Assembly (NCBI GenBank): GCA_044866005.1
Contig: JBIOTN010000234.1
Location: 1 to 23,707 of the forward strand
Reading direction: 5' to 3'
DNA length: 23,707 nt
Source: Candidatus Rokuibacteriota bacterium
Lineage (GTDB): Bacteria > Methylomirabilota > Methylomirabilia > Rokubacteriales > DASRDR01
A program made the position numbers and the translations under genes. Numbering within the stretch: position 1 is the first letter of the stretch; each line of letters begins with the position of its first letter. The notes under the pieces were generated by a model that saw only the letters and a list, made by a program, of their open reading frames with translations, did no database searches and was not told the DNA's origin. Shown here piece after piece: positions 18,455-23,707 of the stretch.

Positions 18455-18511
18455 GCGCGGGCTCCGCCCGCGCAACCGACCGGGGGGAGGCATCGGAGGG
18501 GCCCCCTCCGA
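18455..18511. repeat. Double-hairpin REP-like/terminator-like element after the receiver gene
   Basis: GCGCGGGC-TCC-GCCCGCGC (18455-18473) and TCGGAGGG-GCC-CCCTCCGA (18493-18511). Confidence 0.5.
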
Positions 18512-18516
18512 CTGGA

Positions 18517-18882
18517 TCAGGCCGGGCCGATCAGCTCGCGGACCTTCGCCCGCAGCTCTTCGTACGGCACCGGCTTGGGGAACCCGGCCTGGATGTCGAG
18601 ATCGAAGTCCACCACGTTCCACAGGGCCGAGAAGACGATGATCGGCAGCTCGGCGAGGCGGTCCCACTCCGGCTCGCTCCGCAGCCGCTGGACGAGCGTC
18701 GCCCCGCCGAGCCCCGGCATGTTGATGTCGACGATCATGAGGTCGATGGCGTCCTCCCGCAGCCGGTCGAGCGCCGCCTGGCCGTCGGAGGCCAGGGTCA
18801 CGTCGTAACCGTCGCGGGCGAGCAGCTCACCGAAGGCCTCGCACACCCGGCTGTCGTCGTCCACGACCAGGATCCGCTTCAC
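18517..18882 (-). CDS. Single-domain response regulator (CheY-like receiver)
   Basis: ILVVDDD, phospho-acceptor DLMIVDINMPG, PIIVFSA, KP; 121 aa with no output domain. Confidence 0.92.
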   Translation of the reverse strand: MKRILVVDDDSRVCEAFGELLARDGYDVTLASDGQAALDRLREDAIDLMIVDINMPGLGGATLVQRLRSEPEWDRLAELPIIVFSALWNVVDFDLDIQAGFPKPVPYEELRAKVRELIGPA

Positions 18883-18884
18883 GG

Positions 18885-20108
18885 CTACCCCACGAAGTGG
18901 GCGGTCACGAACGCAAACAGGAACACGACCAGAAGGCCGAAGGAGAGCAGCCGGAGCCCCTCGGCGACGCTCCCGTCGCGATCGACGATGCCCGCCGCGG
19001 CGAAGGCGGGGACGGCGGCCAGGAGCTCACGCCCCACGCTCTCGGGCGCAAAGAGGACACCGACCAGCACCGCTCCGGCGGTGTAGAGGCCGGCCACCCC
19101 GCCGAGGCGCCGGAAGACCAGGATGGTGAGGCCGAGGAAGGCGAGCGGCAGCAGGATCCGCAGCGAATCGAGGAGCTGGGTGTACGCCTGGATCCGCGGG
19201 CCCCGCGTGAGGATCCAGTACGTCTCCCTCCAGTAGCCCGCCAGGTCCCACTGGAACCGCACGCTCCAGCCCGCGGTGTGCGCATCCCAGAATGCGAAGG
19301 GGTTGCCGAACCTGAGGCCCAGGTACAGGAGGTAAGCTCCGAGGCCCGCCGGGATGAGGAGCACGCCGAGCGCTTCCCGGCCGCGCAGCGGCCGGCCCGC
19401 ACGCCAATCCTGTGCCATGCCCCATGCGAACGCCGGGAAGAGCATGACGCCCATGGGCCGGGTCGCCGCTGCCAGCCCGCCCCACAGCCCCGCAACCGCC
19501 CAGCTTCGCCGGCGCGCCGCATGGAGCGCGAGCGTCGCCAGGAGGAAGAAGAGCGGTTCCGCGTAGATCGTGTGAAAGAAGAACGAGAACGGGAAGACGA
19601 GGAGCCAGAGGACCGCGCGCTCGGCGGCCACGGGCCCGGCCTCGTCGCGAACCCACCGCCAGAAGACGACGACGGCCGCGACGGCGGCCACGTTCGCGAC
19701 GAGCAGGCCGGCCACGACCTGGTTGCCGATGGCCGAGGTCAGCGCCTTGATCATGAGCGGGAAGAGCGGGAAGAAGGCGACGTTCGACTTGCCCTGGGGA
19801 TCGAACCAGTAACCGCGCTCGACGACGCTGAGGTACCACCAGGCGTCCCACCGCACCCACGTCGCGATGGAGAGGTTCTTCCCGAGGTAGACTTCCGTGG
19901 GCGGCTGGATCCCCGCCGGGACGATCCGGATCGCGCAGGCCGCGACGATGAAGAGGGTCAGCCGGGTGAGCGCGAGATAGCCGAGCGATCGCAGCAACGC
20001 GCGGCCATCCGGGCACGCCGCGAGCCAGGCGCGCGCCGTCGTGAGCGCGGCAGGCGCCCAGGGTCTGCGAACGTCGGCACCGGCATACCAGTCGCGGTGG
20101 CCAGCCAT
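18885..20108 (-). CDS. Polytopic membrane glycosyltransferase, GT-C / PIG-V mannosyltransferase-like
   Basis: About 10 hydrophobic segments; RWDAWWYLSVVERGY, AFFPLFP, FPFSFFF...YAEPLF and ATRPMG motifs resemble bacterial PIG-V-like proteins. Substrate unknown. Confidence 0.75.
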   Translation of the reverse strand: MAGHRDWYAGADVRRPWAPAALTTARAWLAACPDGRALLRSLGYLALTRLTLFIVAACAIRIVPAGIQPPTEVYLGKNLSIATWVRWDAWWYLSVVERGYWFDPQGKSNVAFFPLFPLMIKALTSAIGNQVVAGLLVANVAAVAAVVVFWRWVRDEAGPVAAERAVLWLLVFPFSFFFHTIYAEPLFFLLATLALHAARRRSWAVAGLWGGLAAATRPMGVMLFPAFAWGMAQDWRAGRPLRGREALGVLLIPAGLGAYLLYLGLRFGNPFAFWDAHTAGWSVRFQWDLAGYWRETYWILTRGPRIQAYTQLLDSLRILLPLAFLGLTILVFRRLGGVAGLYTAGAVLVGVLFAPESVGRELLAAVPAFAAAGIVDRDGSVAEGLRLLSFGLLVVFLFAFVTAHFVG

Positions 20109-20153
20109 CGGGTTGCACGCGGGTCCAGGCCGGGTCAGACCCCGAACCGCGCG

Positions 20154-20193
20154 ATTCTAACACGGGGCCGAGGCGCCGCAAAAATCGCGGCGC
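20154..20193 (-). promoter_or_regulatory. Putative sigma70 promoter of the GT-C/receiver pair
   Basis: Minus strand reads TTGCGG-N16-TAGAAT with extended -10 (TG-t-TAGAAT). A 7-bp inverted repeat GCGCCGC-N7-GCGGCGC (20173-20193) overlaps the -35 just after the GT4 stop. Confidence 0.6.
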
Positions 20194-20204
20194 GAACGCT
20201 GTCC

Positions 20205-21317
20205 CTACCGGGCCGGCCCGATGCGCGCGTACACCGCCTCGACCGCGGCCGCGCGCCGCGCGGGGGTGTACAGCGCCTCGACACGGCGTCGCCCTGCCGC
20301 GCCCATCGCCCGGGCCCGGGCGGGGTCACCGAGGATGTCGGCCAGCCGCTCGGCGACCGCGCTGGGCTGCCCGTCGACCAGCCAACCGGTCTCGCCGTCC
20401 ACCACGGTCTCGGGCAAGGCCCCGACCCGCCCGGCCACGACGGGCCGGCCGGCGGCCATGGCTTCGAGCGCCGCGCGGCACGACTCCTCCGCTCCCGCGC
20501 CGAGGAGCGCGAAGCAGTCCATGGCCGCCAGGACGCCCGGGAGATCGTCGCCGCGGTACCCCGCGAAGACGACGGCATCCTCGAGGCCGAGGGCGCGGGC
20601 GAGGCGTTCGACCGCCGGGCGGCCCTCGCCGCGCCCCACGAAAAGGAGGCGGAGCGTGGGCCAGCGCGCCCGGAGCCGGCGTGCGGCATGGAGCAAGAGT
20701 TCGTGCCCGCGGCCCGGCACCAGGCGCGCCACGCAACCCACCACCGGCCCCGGCTCGAGCCCGAGCTCCGCTCGCACGGCACCGCCGTCCGCGCTCGGGC
20801 CGAACCGCGCGAGGTCGACCGCCCCCGGCACGACGGCCAGCCGCGACGGCGCGACACCGGCACGGCGCGCGGCGGCGGCGATCCCTTCGCTGACCGCGAT
20901 GACGGCAGCCGTGCGCCCCAGGAGCCAGCGGACCGTGGGCCCGCGCCGCACGGCCCGCCGATGGTGGACGGTCCGCACGAGCGGCACCGCCAGGCCCCGC
21001 AGCGCGAACGCGGCGAGCCAGTGGTCATGGGTCAGGTGAGCGTGCACCAGCTCGATCCCACGCGCGCGGACGAGCCGGCGCAGGGCTCGCAGGTCGGCGA
21101 GGAGGGCCCACGGCCGGGCCGTGCGCTCGAGCGAGAGCCCCGGCGCCAACGCGAGCCCCGCCGCGCACGCCCGTGCCTCGAGCGCGTCCCCCCGGATGCA
21201 CGCGAACGTCACCTCGTGGCCGCGCGCGGCGAGCGCCGCGGCGAGCCCGAGCGCGGGATCGGCGCTCCCCGTCCACCAGCGGTTGGCCACGAGGTGCAGC
21301 AGCCGGAGGGGCCTCAC
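20205..21317 (-). CDS. GT4 family glycosyltransferase (probably LPS core)
   Basis: C-terminal part of the 840-aa track ORF: LLHLVANRWWTGSA, LVHAH, VRTVH, IAVSE, VARLVPGRGH, E-x7-E motif EESCRAALEAMAAGRPVV, ETGWLV. GTG 21317 overlaps the waaF stop. Confidence 0.9.
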   Translation of the reverse strand: MRPLRLLHLVANRWWTGSADPALGLAAALAARGHEVTFACIRGDALEARACAAGLALAPGLSLERTARPWALLADLRALRRLVRARGIELVHAHLTHDHWLAAFALRGLAVPLVRTVHHRRAVRRGPTVRWLLGRTAAVIAVSEGIAAAARRAGVAPSRLAVVPGAVDLARFGPSADGGAVRAELGLEPGPVVGCVARLVPGRGHELLLHAARRLRARWPTLRLLFVGRGEGRPAVERLARALGLEDAVVFAGYRGDDLPGVLAAMDCFALLGAGAEESCRAALEAMAAGRPVVAGRVGALPETVVDGETGWLVDGQPSAVAERLADILGDPARARAMGAAGRRRVEALYTPARRAAAVEAVYARIGPAR

Positions 21318-22375
21318 CCGCCGCCCTCCCCGCGCGCCGCCGTGACCGCATCGACCCGATCGCAGACGGCGGCGAAGACCTCGTCCACGGTGAGGGCCCG
21401 CATGCAGCGGTGGTCGATCGGACACTCCGGGCTGAAGCACGGCGCGCACGACGGCCGGTGCCAGAGGACGGCGTGGCGCGGCCCCACTGGCGCCGTGAGC
21501 CGCGGGTCCGTGGGGCCGAACAGGACCACCACGGGAACACCGACCGCGGCGGCGACGTGCCCCGGCCCGCTGTCGGGGGTGAGGAGGACCGAGAACTCCC
21601 GGATGAGCGCCGGGAGGAGCGCGGGATGGTCCTTCCCCACGAGGTGCCGCGGCGGCGCGGGCAGCCTGGCGGTCACGGCCGCGAGGAGCGGCGTCGCGGC
21701 CGCGCTCCCGAGGAAGACGGGCGTGATTCCCCGTGCGGTCAGCCGCGTGGCGACCGCGGCGAGGCGCTCCGGCGGCCAGAGCTTCGACGGGCCGAAGGCC
21801 GCGCCGAGCTGCAGGCCCACGCTCGGCTGCCCGGGCTCCACGCCGGCCTCCACCAGGAGCCGCCGGGCCTCGCCCTGTCGGGACGGGGCGACGTGGAGCA
21901 CGGGGGCCTCGACGCCTCCGTCCCGGACGGCGATCCCGAGCGGCGCGAGCAGCGCGAGGTACTCGACGACCTGGTGAACCCGCGACGGCGGCGGGGCGAC
22001 CGCCTGGGTCAGGAGGAGCGAGCGCCCGTCCCGCCCGTAGCCGACTCGCCAGCGCGCGCGACTCAGCCAGGCGTGGAGCGCCGCCTCGAAGGAGTTCGGC
22101 AGCAGCAGCGCGAGGTCGATCCGCTCGCGGGCCAGCGTGCGGGCCAGCGCCAGGCGCGCGCGCCGGGTCCCGGGATCCGCGAGCCGGCGGTCGATTCCCG
22201 GCTCGGCCTCCAGCAACGCCGGAACCCAGGGGCCGACGCACCAGAGCTCGGCATCGGGGAGCGCCGCCCGCAGCGCGCGGAGCGTCGGCAGGGCCATGAC
22301 GGTGTCGCCGAGCCAGTTCGGGCAGCGGACCAGGGCGCGCCGGATCGCCGCCCGCGGGATCAGGCCGCCGCTCAC
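21314..22375 (-). CDS. waaF: LPS heptosyltransferase II (GT9)
   Basis: RCPNWLGDTVMALP, LLPNSF, RVGY..DGRSLLLT, GAAFGPSKLWP, DSGPGHVAAA, LFGPTD, CAPCFSPECPIDHRCM. GTG 22375 overlaps the lpxK stop. Confidence 0.92.
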   Translation of the reverse strand: MSGGLIPRAAIRRALVRCPNWLGDTVMALPTLRALRAALPDAELWCVGPWVPALLEAEPGIDRRLADPGTRRARLALARTLARERIDLALLLPNSFEAALHAWLSRARWRVGYGRDGRSLLLTQAVAPPPSRVHQVVEYLALLAPLGIAVRDGGVEAPVLHVAPSRQGEARRLLVEAGVEPGQPSVGLQLGAAFGPSKLWPPERLAAVATRLTARGITPVFLGSAAATPLLAAVTARLPAPPRHLVGKDHPALLPALIREFSVLLTPDSGPGHVAAAVGVPVVVLFGPTDPRLTAPVGPRHAVLWHRPSCAPCFSPECPIDHRCMRALTVDEVFAAVCDRVDAVTAARGEGGG

Positions 22376-23454
22376 GTCCCTCCCCCCGCGAGTCGCCGCT
22401 CCAGCGCCGCCCACCACGCCTCCGCCCCGTCGTCGAGGCGGAGCCGCACGCGGAGGGCCCAGACCGGCAGCCGCCCCCCGGTCGGGATCCGGACCGCGTC
22501 CTTCTCCGTGGTGAGGAGCACCTCGGCGCCGACCGCGCGGGCTCGCGCCTCCAGAGCCATGACGTCCTCGGCGGCGTAGGCGTGGTGATCGGGAAACGGG
22601 AGGAAGTCGCGTGGCGTGACCCCGATCGCGCCGAGCGTCGCCGCGAAGTTTTCCGGGACGGCGATGCCCGCGAAGGCGAGGAGAGCCGGCCCGTGCAGCC
22701 GATCGAGCCCGAAGACCGTCCCCGCACGCACGTCCTCGACGCCTTCCGCCTCGTACGTCGCGAGCGCCAGCGGCGCCCGGGGCGCCCGGGCCCGCACCTC
22801 GGCCTCGGCGCGCGACGGCGCCGGCGCGGCGGCCGGACGCGAGAGCACGAGCAGGTCGGCGCGCGCGAGGGCCTGGGGAGGCTCGCGGAGGCTTCCGCGT
22901 GGCAGGAGCCCTCGCCCGCCCCACGGCGCGCGGGCGTCCAGGCACACGATGTCGACGTCCTTCACCAGCCGGCGCTGCTGGAAGCCGTCGTCGAGGAGGA
23001 GGACATCGGGGTGGAAGCGCGGCAGCGCCCACGCGCCGGCGCGGAGCCGGTCCCGCCCCACGACGACGGGCACCCCACCGGGGGCGTCGCCCAGCCGGCG
23101 AGCCAGGAGAAAGGGCTCGTCGCCGGCCTCGTCGGGTCCGAGCAGGAGCCGGGCGCCATCCGACACGACCCGCACCGACTCGGGCCCGCGCCGCCCGTAC
23201 CCGCGGCTCAGCACGACCACACGGGCGCCGCGGGCGCTGAGCCGCCGGGCCAGGAGCTCGACGAGCGGCGTCTTCCCCGTGCCGCCGACGGTGAGGTTGC
23301 CGACGGCGATGACCCGACACGGGAGCGCGCCGCTCCGCAGGAGGCCCGCCGCGTAGGCGGCGCGCCGGAGGCCGAGCCCGCCACGGTACGCGAGCGCCGC
23401 GCCCGCGAGCACCGTGTCCCACGGCGCCGGCAGACCCTCCCGCCAGGCGCGCAC
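22372..23454 (-). CDS. lpxK: Tetraacyldisaccharide 4'-kinase (lipid A 4'-kinase)
   Basis: VGNLTVGGTGKTP, LSRGYG, GDEP, LLDDGFQ, LLPRGSLREP, FAGIA.P, FPDHH, TTEKDAVR. The start is doubtful: no Shine-Dalgarno precedes GTG 23454 (see findings). Confidence 0.95.
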   Translation of the reverse strand: MRAWREGLPAPWDTVLAGAALAYRGGLGLRRAAYAAGLLRSGALPCRVIAVGNLTVGGTGKTPLVELLARRLSARGARVVVLSRGYGRRGPESVRVVSDGARLLLGPDEAGDEPFLLARRLGDAPGGVPVVVGRDRLRAGAWALPRFHPDVLLLDDGFQQRRLVKDVDIVCLDARAPWGGRGLLPRGSLREPPQALARADLLVLSRPAAAPAPSRAEAEVRARAPRAPLALATYEAEGVEDVRAGTVFGLDRLHGPALLAFAGIAVPENFAATLGAIGVTPRDFLPFPDHHAYAAEDVMALEARARAVGAEVLLTTEKDAVRIPTGGRLPVWALRVRLRLDDGAEAWWAALERRLAGGGT

Positions 23455-23551
23455 CAGGTGGGCGCGCTGGGTTGCGGTGATGCTCGGGCCAGGCGCCCGG
23501 TTAGTCCGACAGCGCCCGGGTCTGACGGCGGGGCCTCAGTGCCCCGTCCGA

Positions 23552-23557
23552 TATAAT
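23552..23557 (+). promoter_or_regulatory. Putative -10 box of the lpxK promoter (leaderless type), pointing rightwards
   Basis: TATAAT followed by 7 nt and then GTG 23565; no recognisable -35. Confidence 0.6.
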
Positions 23558-23564
23558 GAGGCCC

Positions 23565-23707
23565 GTGCTCACCGCGACCCAGCGCGCCCGCCTGGTGCGC
23601 GCCTGGCGGGAGGGTCTGCCGGCGCCGTGGGACACGGTGCTCGCGGGCGCGGCGCTCGCGTACCGTGGCGGGCTCGGCCTCCGGCGCGCCGCCTACGCGG
23701 CGGGCCT
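23565..23707 (+). CDS. lpxK: Second, inverted copy of the lpxK N-terminus (partial, runs off the right edge; may be an artefact)
   Basis: Hand translation from GTG 23565: MLTATQRARLVRAWREGLPAPWDTVLAGAALAYRGGLGLRRAAYAAG..., identical from VRAW onward to the minus-strand LpxK. Confidence 0.5.
   Translation, partial: MLTATQRARLVRAWREGLPAPWDTVLAGAALAYRGGLGLRRAAYAAG

Larger units (their letters stand above)
23342..23707. repeat. Long inverted repeat of the lpxK 5' end around a 69-bp spacer
   Basis: 23342-23458 is the exact reverse complement of 23591-23707 (117 bp, running to the window edge). 23459-23490 pairs with 23560-23590 with 3 mismatches and 1 indel. Spacer is 23491-23559. Confidence 0.97.

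Noticed and set aside
22970..23000. LpxK DDGFQQ instead of the common DDGFQH
   Set aside because: The P-loop, GDEP, DD and FPDHH motifs are intact; a single substitution is not evidence of inactivation.
1..23707. tRNA/rRNA genes, CRISPR arrays, integrases, transposases, defence systems, T-box or attenuator leaders before trpS/pheA
   Set aside because: None visible. Intergenic gaps are short and lack the motifs, and there is no low-GC island.

Overview
Very GC-rich (roughly 73-75% by eye) chromosomal window from a diderm, LPS-producing bacterium. Ca. Rokubacteria/Methylomirabilota-like is only a guess from GC content and gene order. All 26 complete or near-complete genes lie on the minus strand. 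Read in the direction of transcription (right to left): an LPS block lpxK-waaF-GT4; a two-gene unit with its own promoter (PIG-V/GT-C-like membrane glycosyltransferase plus a stand-alone receiver domain); a second LPS block hldA-hldC-waaC-GT2-kdsB coupled to trpS; then the housekeeping run scpA-scpB-rluB-pheA-hisC-tyrA-aroA-cmk-plsC-rpsA-sppA-ihfB-HIT-mutS (mutS is cut by the left edge). No RNA genes, CRISPR arrays, transposases or recombinases are visible. The most unusual structure is at the right edge: the 5' end of lpxK is present twice as an inverted repeat (117 bp perfect plus about 32 bp imperfect) around a 69-bp spacer. The TATAAT box and the intact GTG start point into the outward copy rather than into the complete lpxK operon. 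This is either a candidate invertible promoter/start-codon switch or a fold-back assembly artefact, and the sequence alone cannot decide. Other points of interest: a shared leaderless-type promoter motif before both LPS blocks, a decayed direct duplicate of the trpS 3' end, and a 4Fe-4S-type Cys motif in TrpRS.
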